The translations under genes and the position numbers were made by a program. From assembly GCA_017629895.1 (NCBI GenBank), contig JAGBWF010000119.1:1-39629 (forward strand): 39,629 nt of DNA. The letters run 5' to 3'. Under the pieces are notes generated by a model, which did not search any database, was not told where the DNA came from, and saw only the letters and a program-made list of their open reading frames with translations. This stretch comes from Clostridia bacterium (lineage in GTDB: Bacteria > Bacillota > Clostridia > Oscillospirales > CAG-382). Below, in pieces: positions 9,314-19,262 of the stretch. Position 1 is the stretch's first letter. Each line of letters starts with the position of its first letter.

Positions 9314-11584
9314 ATGGAACTCAAAAGATGCTCGCGCTGTCAGGTTCGCCCCGCGATAATTTTCGTGCAGAAAAACGTCGCAGGGAAAATCACAAGCGAG
9401 GGCTATTGCATAAAATGCGCTCAGGAGCTCGGTATAAAGCCGATAGACGATATTCTTAATCAGATGAATATAAGCCCCGAGGATATCGACGCGCTCGACG
9501 AGGGCATGAACGGACTTATGCCCTTCGGCGACGAAAACGACGAGGAGGGCAGAGCGCCTTCTATCGATATCAATTCCTTTTTCGGCAACGGCAAGCCCGC
9601 GGAAAGCGGCGAGGCGAAGGGCGAAGCCGATTCCAAGCAGAATCAAAAGCAAAAAAAGCGCGGCAACAGCTATCTGCGCGATTACTGCATCTGCCTTACC
9701 GAGCGCGCCCGCGAAGGAAAGCTCGACAACATCGTCGGCAGAGACAGCGAGCTTGAACGCGTTATACAGATACTCATCCGCAGACAGAAAAACAACCCCT
9801 GCCTTATCGGCGAGCCGGGTGTCGGCAAAACCGCCGTGGCGGAGGCGCTTGCACAAAAAATCGTCCGCAGCGACGTGCCCTATAAGCTCAAATCCAAGGA
9901 GGTTTATCTCGTCGATATGACCGCTATCGTTGCGGGAACGCAGTTCCGCGGTCAGTTCGAAAACCGTATGCGCGGACTTATCGAGGAAACCAAAAAGGCA
10001 GGCAACGCGATACTCGTTATCGACGAGGTTCATTCTATCGTCGGTGCAGGCAACGCCGAGGGCGGTATGAACGCGGCAAATATTCTTAAGCCCGCGCTTT
10101 CGAGAGGCGAAATTCAGCTTATCGGCGCAACGACCTTAAAGGAATACCGTCAATATATCGAAAAGGACGCCGCTCTCGAGCGACGCTTCCAGCCCGTTAT
10201 GATCGGTGAGCCCTCTGTTGAGGACAGCATAAAGATACTTGCGGGCATTAAAAAATATTATGAAAGCCACCACGGAATAACCATTCCCGATCATCTGCTT
10301 CGCAGAATGGTTACCCTTTCCGAGCGCTATATAACCGACAGATTTCTGCCCGACAAGGCGATCGACCTTATGGACGAGGCGTGTGCACAGATGGCGATGC
10401 ACTCCCCGATCATAAACGAGCTCGCGCTTCTCGGCGACGAGCTTGCACGTCTCCGCGCAGAGCTTGCCCCTGTCGAAAGCAAGGAAACCCCCGAGGAAGA
10501 GGACTTCCGCCGCATTGCAGACCTTAAAACCGCGATTTTGCAAAAGGAGGCTCGTTTTAACGAGCTCTCGCGCGAGCGCGATTCGCTTTGCCTCACCGAT
10601 GCGGAGATCGCAAAGGTTATCGAGGTATGGACGGGCATCCCCGCCACCAATATCAGCGAAAACGAATTTATGAAAATCGAGCGTCTCGAGGAAGAGATAA
10701 AAAAGCGCATCGTCGGTCAGGACGAAGCCGTTTGCTCGGTTGCAAAGGCCATAAAACGCTCACGCGCAGGCATTTCGTATAAGAAAAAGCCGGTTTCCTT
10801 TATCTTTGCGGGTAGCACGGGCGTCGGCAAAACCGAGCTTGTAAAGGTGCTTGCACGCTATCTCTTCGACTCGCCCGAATCGCTTATCCGCCTTGATATG
10901 AGCGAATTTATGGAAAAGCATTCGGTTTCGCGCATAATCGGCTCGCCTCCCGGCTACGTCGGCTATGACGACGCGGGACAGCTTACCGAAAAGATACGCA
11001 GAAAGCCCTATACCGTTATTCTCTTCGACGAAATAGAAAAGGCGCATCCCGACGTTATGAACATTCTGCTTCAGATTCTCGACGACGGCAGAATTACCGA
11101 CGCACACGGAAAAGAGGTTAACTTCGAAAACACGGTTATTATTATGACCACCAACGCAGGCAGCAGCGAAAGCGGCTCGATTGCGGGCTTCTCGGAAAGC
11201 GTTCAGACGAACGAAAGAACCAAGGTTATGAAGGCGCTCGAGCAATTCCTGCGCCCCGAATTTATAAACCGTGTCGATGAAATCGTCGTATTCAACCGCC
11301 TCAACCGCGAGAATTTTGCGGTTATCTGCCGCATAATGCTCGGCGACCTTATCGACGTTCTCGCCGAAAAGGGCATAAAGCTCGAATATTCCGAGGAGGT
11401 AGTTGCCTATCTTTCCGAAAAGGGATATTCCGAAAAATACGGTGCGCGTAACCTGAGAAGGCTTATCCAGTCGGATATCGAGGATGAGCTTGCAAGCGTT
11501 ATAGTTTCCAATTACCGCGATCCGATAAGCCACGTTCTCGTCGGCGCGGAAAACGGAAGGATCGTTATAACCGTTCAAAAATAA
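9314..11584 (+). CDS. clpE: ATP-dependent Clp protease ATP-binding subunit, ClpE-type (N-terminal zinc ribbon plus two AAA+ modules)
   Basis: C6-x2-C9-x22-C32-x2-C35 at the N-terminus with no Clp_N repeats. D1 has GEPGVGKTA and LVIDEVH; D2 has GSTGVGKTE and [10 protein letters not shown]. Short coiled-coil middle domain. Putative ClpP loop SIAGFSE. Confidence 0.85.
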   Translation: MELKRCSRCQVRPAIIFVQKNVAGKITSEGYCIKCAQELGIKPIDDILNQMNISPEDIDALDEGMNGLMPFGDENDEEGRAPSIDINSFFGNGKPAESGEAKGEADSKQNQKQKKRGNSYLRDYCICLTERAREGKLDNIVGRDSELERVIQILIRRQKNNPCLIGEPGVGKTAVAEALAQKIVRSDVPYKLKSKEVYLVDMTAIVAGTQFRGQFENRMRGLIEETKKAGNAILVIDEVHSIVGAGNAEGGMNAANILKPALSRGEIQLIGATTLKEYRQYIEKDAALERRFQPVMIGEPSVEDSIKILAGIKKYYESHHGITIPDHLLRRMVTLSERYITDRFLPDKAIDLMDEACAQMAMHSPIINELALLGDELARLRAELAPVESKETPEEEDFRRIADLKTAILQKEARFNELSRERDSLCLTDAEIAKVIEVWTGIPATNISENEFMKIERLEEEIKKRIVGQDEAVCSVAKAIKRSRAGISYKKKPVSFIFAGSTGVGKTELVKVLARYLFDSPESLIRLDMSEFMEKHSVSRIIGSPPGYVGYDDAGQLTEKIRRKPYTVILFDEIEKAHPDVMNILLQILDDGRITDAHGKEVNFENTVIIMTTNAGSSESGSIAGFSESVQTNERTKVMKALEQFLRPEFINRVDEIVVFNRLNRENFAVICRIMLGDLIDVLAEKGIKLEYSEEVVAYLSEKGYSEKYGARNLRRLIQSDIEDELASVIVSNYRDPISHVLVGAENGRIVITVQK

Positions 11585-11603
11585 ACCCACAGAGGTTTTT
11601 AAA

Positions 11604-14396
11604 ATGGCAAACGGAAAAGAAAATTTAAAAATCAAAACCGTTTCCGGCACGCAGGGTGAGGAGGAGCTTACCTTTTCGCCCGAGGAAATGCAGCCTATAG
11701 AGGTCGCCGAGGCATTGGAAAGCGATCTTATTATGGGCAAGACCGCAAAGCAGGTAAAAAAGGCGCGCAGGCTTTTCGGAACGAACGAAATAAAGAGCGA
11801 GTTCCGTCTTTCCTTCCGCGAAAGCCTCAAAAACCAGCTTAAAGGTCTTATCGGCGTTTTCCTTATGGCGTCCTCGCTCGTTATGTACCTTTTCGAGCCC
11901 GAGGAAATCACCTTTTTGGTTATGTTCGGCGTCGTTGCTTTTATAATATTGCTAAACGCGTTCGCCGAATACCGCGCAAGCATCGCCTTGCGGCTGCCGA
12001 AAAAGTATTCCTCGCTTAAAGCAAAGGTCATAAGAAACGGCGAAGAGATGATTATCGATTCGAGATTGCTCGTCCCCGGCGACCTGATAGTGCTCGAGGA
12101 GGGTACGATGGTGCCTGCGGACTGCCGTCTTGTAGACGATATGAACCTTTGCGTTATGGAAACGCAGGTCAGCGGCGTTTCGGGCAGTGTTGCCAAGGAC
12201 GGCAGATATATCGCCCGAGGAGGACCCGAGCCGATATGTCCGAACACGGTTTATGCGGGAAGCATCGTTACCTCGGGCCATGCAAGCGCTATCGTATGCC
12301 GTATCGGCAAGGAAACGCTGCTTCGCAGGATGCGCGCAGGCAGTGAAGACTACCTGCCCGATATAATGAAATACGTTCAAAGCCTTTGCCGATTCATTTC
12401 GGTAGGCTCGCTTATCGTCTGCTTTGCTCTGCTCGCGGTCGGCATCGCGGCGGGCGCGGATATCACCGATTGGTTTATCGTTTCGCTCGCTATCGGCGCA
12501 AGCTCGCTCTGCGACAGTATGGTTTCGCTCTGCGCAACCTCGCTCGGCTTCGGCGCGAAGCAGATGGCGGAGGACGGTATGGTCGTTAAAAATTACGGCT
12601 GTATCCGCAAGCTTGCAAGGACGAACACGATAATGTGCGGCAAAAATCTTGCCTTCCCTCCGAAAAGGATATCGCTTTCGGGACTCTATTTCTCCTGCCG
12701 AAGCTACGACAGAGAAAAACGCCCCGACGCAAACGCCGAGGAGCTTTTAAGACTTATGCTCGTCTGCTCCGACGCAAAAAAGACAACCGCCGCCGAAAAG
12801 AAAAAAACGCGTGGGCTTCCCGAATATACCGGCTCCCCGCTTGAAAACGCAATAGTCGATTATTTCGACGAGTGGAACAAGCCGATAGGCCTTATCCGCG
12901 AGCAATACATACGAATGGATGCCGAATACACCCTTTCGGGCGATATTTCAAGGCTTCTTGCACTCCACAACGGAAAAAACACCGTCATTGTCCGCGGCTC
13001 GCCCGAAAATATTCTTTCGCGCTGTGTCGGCTATACTCTCGACGGTACCGATTATAAATTAAGCGATTTTACAAGAAAAAAGATACTCTCTGCCGCCGAG
13101 GACGCGGCAAGGACCTCGAGCTTTCTTATCGCGCTTGCCTGCGGCGAGACCGAGGCGGAAACGCTTCGCGATATCGAATCGGAGCACAGGCTTATCTTCA
13201 AGGGCTTTGTTTCGTTTTCGAGCTCGCTCGATCCGGGCGTTGCCGAAGCGGTATACCGTTGTGACCTTGCAGGAATAGAAACCGTCCTCAATTCGAACGA
13301 CGCCTATTACACGGCGTTCAATTCGGCAAAAAGCGCGGGAATAATAACCGACGAATCGCAGATAATAACGGCAGAGCAGCTCCGCTCCTGCTCGCGCGGG
13401 CTGGTTATCGCAAACGCGCCCTATTACCGTCTGTTTTTGAATATCGACGACAACGAATGGCATGATATCGTCGCTCTACGCAAGGAAAGCGGCAGAATCA
13501 CCGCCGTTACCGCCGAGCGAATAAACGAGCTTCCGATAATGAGCGAAAGCGACGTTTCGATAGTACCCGAAAGCTCCTGCGATACGCTCCGTATGACCTG
13601 CGACGCAATGATGCTCGGCACGGGAATAAATCTTATCGCAGATGCGATATTAAACGCAAAAACGATATGCCGCAGGATAACCTCGGTGCTTTCCTATCTG
13701 CCCGCAGGTATTATTATGATGCTCGTTGCATCGGTGTTTGCGGCGTGCTACGATCAAACGGTTGCCTTCCGCACCCAAGACGTGCTTTTTTCGGGTATAA
13801 TTTTCAATATGGCGTTTGCCTTTGCGCTCGCATTCGAGCCGCGAAGCGTTAAAAACATACGCGACGTCTACCCGTTTTCGAGCACCAAGCCGAGCATAAA
13901 CGATTTTATGTATCCTCTTATGTTCGCCGTCGGCGGAGGCATAGTGCTGTTCCTCATCTCAGCCGCAACGCAAAGCTATACCTGCACGCTTCTCTCGACC
14001 TCGCTTTTGCTGTTCCTCTATGCAGGCTCTGTCGGCAACCACGGCGGTGTTTTTGCGGCAAGACGTTTCGGAAACAGGATTCTTTATCTTTGCGGACTCG
14101 GCGCCGCCGCAGTGCTCGCGTTTTTAACCTGCACGAAGCCGGGACACACGCTTTTCGGCTACGGAGTTCCGACAATGCCCAAGCTTTTGATCGCCTTTAC
14201 CCTCGCCTGCGCTTATTTTATCTGCTCGCAGATAATAAGATATTTCATCTCTCCGCGCGGAAAATCGGCTTCGCTTGCCGAAGAGGCTCCCGAGGAGGAG
14301 CCCTCCCCCTCTCCCGTACAGGAGGATGAGCACATGGGCGGAGCAATATTGCCCAAAGACCTTTTCGACGAAGACGAAGAGGACGAAAACGAATAA
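11604..14396 (+). CDS. P-type ATPase family protein with degenerate catalytic motifs (probable pseudo-ATPase)
   Basis: Cation_ATPase_N-like N-terminus (KQVKKARRLFGTNEI). A-domain LVPGDLIVLEEGTMVPADCRLV. N-domain TGSPLENA and RGSPENILSRC. About 10 TMs. However DKTGT is CGKNLA, TGES is SGVS, PEGL is absent and GDGVND is AERINE. Confidence 0.8.
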   Translation: MANGKENLKIKTVSGTQGEEELTFSPEEMQPIEVAEALESDLIMGKTAKQVKKARRLFGTNEIKSEFRLSFRESLKNQLKGLIGVFLMASSLVMYLFEPEEITFLVMFGVVAFIILLNAFAEYRASIALRLPKKYSSLKAKVIRNGEEMIIDSRLLVPGDLIVLEEGTMVPADCRLVDDMNLCVMETQVSGVSGSVAKDGRYIARGGPEPICPNTVYAGSIVTSGHASAIVCRIGKETLLRRMRAGSEDYLPDIMKYVQSLCRFISVGSLIVCFALLAVGIAAGADITDWFIVSLAIGASSLCDSMVSLCATSLGFGAKQMAEDGMVVKNYGCIRKLARTNTIMCGKNLAFPPKRISLSGLYFSCRSYDREKRPDANAEELLRLMLVCSDAKKTTAAEKKKTRGLPEYTGSPLENAIVDYFDEWNKPIGLIREQYIRMDAEYTLSGDISRLLALHNGKNTVIVRGSPENILSRCVGYTLDGTDYKLSDFTRKKILSAAEDAARTSSFLIALACGETEAETLRDIESEHRLIFKGFVSFSSSLDPGVAEAVYRCDLAGIETVLNSNDAYYTAFNSAKSAGIITDESQIITAEQLRSCSRGLVIANAPYYRLFLNIDDNEWHDIVALRKESGRITAVTAERINELPIMSESDVSIVPESSCDTLRMTCDAMMLGTGINLIADAILNAKTICRRITSVLSYLPAGIIMMLVASVFAACYDQTVAFRTQDVLFSGIIFNMAFAFALAFEPRSVKNIRDVYPFSSTKPSINDFMYPLMFAVGGGIVLFLISAATQSYTCTLLSTSLLLFLYAGSVGNHGGVFAARRFGNRILYLCGLGAAAVLAFLTCTKPGHTLFGYGVPTMPKLLIAFTLACAYFICSQIIRYFISPRGKSASLAEEAPEEEPSPSPVQEDEHMGGAILPKDLFDEDEEDENE

Positions 14397-14436
14397 AAAA
14401 CAAAAAAATAACCGCTTATGAAAGGAGAAATTCAAA

Positions 14437-14631
14437 ATGACAAAGATCACTGCAGATATGCTTGTAGGCGAAGTGCTCGACGCACATCCCGAGCTTGCAA
14501 AGTATTTCCTCGAGATCGGTATGCACTGCCTCGGCTGCCCCATGTCGCGCGGAGAAAGCATTAAGGACGCTTGCTCGGCACACGGTCAGGACGCAGAAGC
14601 GCTTCTCGAAAAGCTCAACGCTGCGCTCTAA
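14437..14631 (+). CDS. DUF1858 domain protein (hybrid-cluster-protein-associated redox disulfide type)
   Basis: 64 aa with ITADMLVGEVLDAHPE...FLEIGMHCLGCPMSRGESI, the characteristic CxxC-containing DUF1858 pattern. RBS aaaggag. Confidence 0.8.
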   Translation: MTKITADMLVGEVLDAHPELAKYFLEIGMHCLGCPMSRGESIKDACSAHGQDAEALLEKLNAAL

Positions 14632-14703
14632 AAAATCTTAAAAACTAAATTTTCGAAAGGAAAGGCGTTTCCGCAAGTCTTTTGCGGATCGCGAAAAAAG
14701 AAA

Positions 14704-15186
14704 ATGGCAAAGAAAGACGGATTTTTCACAGAATTTAAGAAGTTTATCACCAGAGGCAACATTCTCGATATGGCTGTCGGCGTTATCATGGGCGGCGCGT
14801 TCGGTAAGATCGTTACCTCGCTCGTAAACGACATTATCATGCCCGCTGTCGGCGCACTTTTCGGAAACAAATCGGTTTCCGACCTTAAATACGTCCTCTC
14901 CGAAGCTGTTCTTGCCGAGGACGGCGTTACCGTTGCTACCCCCGAGGTTGCTATCAAGTACGGTATGTTCATCCAGTACATAGTAGATTTCCTTATCGTT
15001 GCTTTCTGTATGTTCTGCGTTATCAGAATCTTTATGAAGATGCGTACCAGACTCGAAAACCTCAAAAAGAAGGAAGAGGTTGAGGAAGCACCCGCTGCTC
15101 CCGCAGAGCCCTCTGTTGAAGAAAAAACTCTTGCTACTCTTAACGAAATAAAGGCGCTTCTCGAAAAGAACGCAAGCAATGACTAA
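14704..15186 (+). CDS. mscL: Large-conductance mechanosensitive channel MscL
   Basis: FKKFITRGNILDMAVGVIMGGAFGKIVTSLVNDIIMP is the canonical MscL TM1 region. Confidence 0.93.
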   Translation: MAKKDGFFTEFKKFITRGNILDMAVGVIMGGAFGKIVTSLVNDIIMPAVGALFGNKSVSDLKYVLSEAVLAEDGVTVATPEVAIKYGMFIQYIVDFLIVAFCMFCVIRIFMKMRTRLENLKKKEEVEEAPAAPAEPSVEEKTLATLNEIKALLEKNASND

Positions 15187-16063
15187 ATATCTTTTAGGCA
15201 TTGACGGCGGCGGAAGCAAGACCGATTTTCTGCTCTGCGATTTTGAGCTTAACGAAATCGCAAGACGTGTTTCGACGCGTTCTAACCCGAATGACGTCGG
15301 AATAGAGGCGGTAAAGTCGCTTATCCGCGAAAATATCGCGCTGTTGCTCGCAGAAAGCGGCATAAGCAACGGAGATATCGCCGCGGCGTTTGCGGGAATT
15401 GCAGGGCTTACGAGCAGAGATTATGCCGCACAGGTAACGAAAACGCTTTCCGATATGCTTCCGAACGCAAAATGCGCGTCGCTTCACGACGGGATAAACG
15501 TGCTTTACGGCGCGTTCCCCTATGAAGACGGCGTAAGCGTTATCTGCGGTACGGGCTCGAGCTGCTTTGTCAAGCGCAAAAACGAACTTTTCCGCATAGG
15601 CGGCTACGGAAGCTTCGACCTTATCGGCAACGGCTACGAAATCGGCAGAGCGGGCATAGCGCACGCGCTTAAAACCGCCGACGGCAGAGAAAAATCGGGT
15701 GTGCTCGCCACTCTTATCGCCGAACGCGTAGGCAACGATTTTGTTGCCGCGCTCGACAGATTGCTGCCTATGTCGAAGGACGAGCATGCCGCCTTTGCAC
15801 CGCTGGTGTTCAAAGCCGCCGAAAACGGCGATCCCGCCGCGATGCAGATAATCACCGACAATATGAAATATATCGCTTCGCTTATAACGCGTGCCGGCGA
15901 TTATTTCGAAAACGAATACGGCGTTGCACTTGCAGGCGGTGTTCTTAAGAACGAGCTTTCGCTTTCGCTTCTCAAAGCCTTTATTCCCGAAAGGGCAAGG
16001 CTTATATCCAACGACCGCGCACCCGCTTTCGGTGCGGCGGCGAAGGCAAAAACCCTTCTTTAA
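15179..16063 (+). CDS. BadF/BadG/BcrA/BcrD-type ATPase (N-acetylglucosamine kinase-like)
   Basis: ASKHA phosphate-1 motif LLGIDGGGSKTD, and ICGTGSSCF. 294 aa. Overlaps the mscL stop by 8 nt. Confidence 0.8.
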   Translation: MTKYLLGIDGGGSKTDFLLCDFELNEIARRVSTRSNPNDVGIEAVKSLIRENIALLLAESGISNGDIAAAFAGIAGLTSRDYAAQVTKTLSDMLPNAKCASLHDGINVLYGAFPYEDGVSVICGTGSSCFVKRKNELFRIGGYGSFDLIGNGYEIGRAGIAHALKTADGREKSGVLATLIAERVGNDFVAALDRLLPMSKDEHAAFAPLVFKAAENGDPAAMQIITDNMKYIASLITRAGDYFENEYGVALAGGVLKNELSLSLLKAFIPERARLISNDRAPAFGAAAKAKTLL

Positions 16064-16117
16064 AGCAAAAAAACAGACTCATTTGCGGTTTTGCAGATGA
16101 GTCTGTTCGTTTTTTAT
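16064..16117. terminator. Bidirectional intrinsic terminator between the convergent kinase-like gene and murA
   Basis: 11-bp stem aacagactcat (16072-16082) pairing with atgagtctgtt (16097-16107), with an A-run upstream and cgtttttt downstream. Confidence 0.8.
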
Positions 16118-16120
16118 GCT

Positions 16121-17383
16121 TTATATGCTTTCGCTTACGCGCTTGATATCTGCGCCGACCGAGCGGAGCTTGCCGACCATATCCTCATATCCGCGCTCGA
16201 TGTGATAGATATCGTCGATTACCGTGGTGCCGTTTGCCGAAAGTGCCGCGATAACCATTGCCGCACCTGCACGCAGGTCTACCGCGCGAACGTTTGCGGG
16301 ACGGAAGGCAGAAATTCCGTCGATATGAGCGTCTCTGCCCTGAACGGTGATCTTCGCACCCATACGGATAAGCTCGTCGGTATATTTAAAGCGCGAATCC
16401 ATAACGCTTTCGGTGAGAACGCTGTGCCCTTCCGCAAGACAGAGAAGCACGCAGAACTGCGGGTTCATATCTGTCGGGAAGCCGGGATAGAAATCGGTCT
16501 TTACACGCGCCTTTTTGAGCGTGCCGCCGCAGGTAACGCGGACGAAATCGTCGCCCTCCTCTACCTCGACGCCCATTTCGACAAGCTTTCTCGTGGTTGC
16601 TTCGAGATGGCGGGGGATAACGTTGTTTATCGTAAGATCTCCCTTTGTCGCGGCGGCGGCGATCATATAGGTGCCCGCCTCGATCATATCGGGAATTATT
16701 GCATAGGTGCCGCCATAGAGCTTATCTACGCCACGGATCTTTATAACCTCGGTGCCTGCGCCCGAAATGTTTGCGCCGCAGGAGTTAAGGAAGTTCGCAA
16801 GGTCAACTATATGCGGCTCGCGCGCGGCGTTGTCGATAACAGTCATACCCTCTGCGGTGGCGGCGGCGATCATAATGTTCGCGGTTGCGCCGACCGAGGC
16901 TACGTCCATATATATCGAAGCGCCCTGAAGACGCGATTCGGTATAACAGCTTATACCCGAGGTGCAGTTTACGTTTGCGCCGAGCGCTTCGAAGCCCTTT
17001 ATATGCTGGTCGATGGGGCGCGCGCCGAGATTACATCCGCCGGGAAGCGCGGTGAACGACCTGCCGAATCTGCCGAGCTCTGCGCCGAGCACGTAATCTG
17101 AGCCGCGCATATTTCTCGCAAGGTCGAGCGGCACGCTGTTGCTGTGCACGGGACGGGTATCGATGCTGTATGTATTCCTGCCTTGCTCCTTGATTTCCGC
17201 GCCCATACGGCTGAGAATTTCAAGAGCTGTTTTGATATCGCTGACGTCGGGAAGATTTTCGAGCACGCAGACGTCATTTACCAGAATTGTGGCAAAAATT
17301 ATAGGGAGTGCGGCATTTTTCATACCGCCGATGGTTACACTTCCTAACAGAGGTCTGCCTCCCGATATACAAAGCTTATCCAT
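16121..17383 (-). CDS. murA: UDP-N-acetylglucosamine 1-carboxyvinyltransferase
   Basis: MDKLCISGGRPLLGSVTIGGMKNAALPI, the active-site loop region GGCNLGARPIDQH, 420 aa. Confidence 0.95.
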   Translation of the reverse strand: MDKLCISGGRPLLGSVTIGGMKNAALPIIFATILVNDVCVLENLPDVSDIKTALEILSRMGAEIKEQGRNTYSIDTRPVHSNSVPLDLARNMRGSDYVLGAELGRFGRSFTALPGGCNLGARPIDQHIKGFEALGANVNCTSGISCYTESRLQGASIYMDVASVGATANIMIAAATAEGMTVIDNAAREPHIVDLANFLNSCGANISGAGTEVIKIRGVDKLYGGTYAIIPDMIEAGTYMIAAAATKGDLTINNVIPRHLEATTRKLVEMGVEVEEGDDFVRVTCGGTLKKARVKTDFYPGFPTDMNPQFCVLLCLAEGHSVLTESVMDSRFKYTDELIRMGAKITVQGRDAHIDGISAFRPANVRAVDLRAGAAMVIAALSANGTTVIDDIYHIERGYEDMVGKLRSVGADIKRVSESI

Positions 17384-17493
17384 ATATCAAAAACACCTTT
17401 CGGTTTATATTCAAACTGATACATATTAATGATAACATTGAAAAAACTAAAAGTCAAGTGCTTTACATTACAGTTTATGCAATATTTATCTTC

Positions 17494-17522
17494 TTGACAA
17501 ATATTTAAGAGTATTATAAAAT
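17494..17522 (+). promoter_or_regulatory. Sigma-A type promoter upstream of rnj: TTGACA, 17-nt spacer, TAAAAT
   Basis: ttgaca at 17494-17499 and taaaat at 17517-17522, in the AT-rich divergent intergenic region about 52 nt upstream of the ATG. Confidence 0.5.
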
Positions 17523-17573
17523 ATATATAAGTACGTAAACGTTTCTCTTCCAACCATTTTGAAAGGATAATAT

Positions 17574-19250
17574 ATGTCAAAAAGCAAAAACCCGAAAGTT
17601 AAAATTATTTTCCTCGGCGGTGTCGACGGAATCGGTATGAACTGTACCGCCTTTGAATACGGCGACGATATGATAATCGTCGATTGCGGTGTCGCCTTCC
17701 CCGAGGACGATATGCTGGGTATAGACCTCGTTATACCCGATTTTTCCTATCTCGAAAACAACGCGCAAAAGCTTCGCGGCCTGCTTATTACACACGGCCA
17801 CGAGGACCATATCGGCGCAGTGCCCTATTTTCTGCAGAAATTCCCGAGCGTGCCTGTTTTCGCAACAAGGCTCACTCTCGGTATTCTCGAGGGCAAGCTC
17901 TCCGAGCACGGTATCCGCAACGCCAAGCTTTGCGAGGTGCGCGCGGGCGATAATATAACGCTCGGCTGCTTCCAGACCGAATTTATAAAGGTCAACCATT
18001 CGATGCCCGACGCCTGCGCGATGTGTATCACCACCCCCTACGGCAGAATACTGCACACGGGCGATTTTAAGGTAGACTATACCCTCGTCGGCGAAAAAAT
18101 GATCGACCTTCCCCGTATCGCCGAGCTCGGCAGAAAGGGCATAAAGCTCCTTCTTTGCGACAGCACGAACGCCGAACGCCCCGGCTATACCCCGAGCGAA
18201 AGCAGTCTTGCCGAAAGCTTCGACAGAATTTTCAACAACGAATCGCGCCGCGTTATCATCGCAACCTTTTCCTCGAACGTTCACCGCGTTCAGCAGATAA
18301 TCAACGCTTCCGAAAAATACGGAAGAAAGGTCGCGATAAGCGGCAGAAGCATGCAGAACTTTGTAAGCGCGGCGGTCAAGCTCGGCTATCTTCGCGTGCC
18401 CGAGGATATTATGATCGACCTCAACGACGTCCGAAAGCTTCCGCCCGAGCGCGTAACTCTCGTTACAACCGGCAGTCAGGGTGAGCCTATGAGCGCGCTC
18501 TACCGTATGGCGTTCGGCGAGCACAGCCAGATAAGCCTCGGCTATAACGATCTCGTCGTGCTCTCCTCCTCGGCTATCCCCGGCAACGAAAAGCTTATAA
18601 CCAAAATCATCAACGAGCTTTATAAGCGCGGCACCGACGTTATAACCTACAGCAACTACGACGTTCACGTTTCGGGACACGCCTGCCGCGAGGAATTAAA
18701 GCTTATCCACGCTCTCACCTCGCCCGAATATTTCATTCCCGTGCACGGCGAATTCAAGCATCTTGTCGCGCACGCCGACCTCGCAAACCAGATGGGCACG
18801 CCCGACAGCCATATCTTCCTGCCCGAGATCGGAAGAGTCTTCGAGCTCAGCAAGCGAAGCATCAAGCCCACCGAAATGGTCGAGGCGGGTCCCGTTATGG
18901 TTGACGGAAGCGGTCTTGCAGGTGTTAACGGCGTTGTCCTGCGCGACAGAAAGCGTCTTTCCGAGGACGGCGTTATTATCGTTTCGGCAGGTATCGATCT
19001 CGACTGTATGTGCATCTCTATCGACCCCGAAATTATCACGCGCGGCTTCGTTTACGAAAAGGAAAACGAGGACCTTCTCGGCAGAATAACCGAGTGTGCG
19101 CGCCAATCGATAATAAGATCGCTCGCAAAGGGCATCGAGGATATGGAGGTTCTTCGCTCGCGTCTGCGTGAGGACGTTGCGGAATACGCCCGCAAGCGCA
19201 CCAAGCACCGCCCGATGATAATCACCGTCCTTTACGATATTCAGCTTTAA
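17574..19250 (+). CDS. rnj: Ribonuclease J
   Basis: Metallo-beta-lactamase motif ITHGHEDHIG, beta-CASP region, and RNase J C-terminal domain. 558 aa. Confidence 0.93.
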   Translation: MSKSKNPKVKIIFLGGVDGIGMNCTAFEYGDDMIIVDCGVAFPEDDMLGIDLVIPDFSYLENNAQKLRGLLITHGHEDHIGAVPYFLQKFPSVPVFATRLTLGILEGKLSEHGIRNAKLCEVRAGDNITLGCFQTEFIKVNHSMPDACAMCITTPYGRILHTGDFKVDYTLVGEKMIDLPRIAELGRKGIKLLLCDSTNAERPGYTPSESSLAESFDRIFNNESRRVIIATFSSNVHRVQQIINASEKYGRKVAISGRSMQNFVSAAVKLGYLRVPEDIMIDLNDVRKLPPERVTLVTTGSQGEPMSALYRMAFGEHSQISLGYNDLVVLSSSAIPGNEKLITKIINELYKRGTDVITYSNYDVHVSGHACREELKLIHALTSPEYFIPVHGEFKHLVAHADLANQMGTPDSHIFLPEIGRVFELSKRSIKPTEMVEAGPVMVDGSGLAGVNGVVLRDRKRLSEDGVIIVSAGIDLDCMCISIDPEIITRGFVYEKENEDLLGRITECARQSIIRSLAKGIEDMEVLRSRLREDVAEYARKRTKHRPMIITVLYDIQL

Positions 19251-19262
19251 GGAGCTATTGTT

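Noticed and set aside
14655-14690. The hairpin tccgcaa-gtctt-ttgcgga upstream of mscL, considered as a possible terminator after the DUF1858 gene.
   Set aside because: The 7-bp stem is followed by tcgcgaaaaaag and has no U-tract. That is insufficient to call a terminator or any specific regulatory element.
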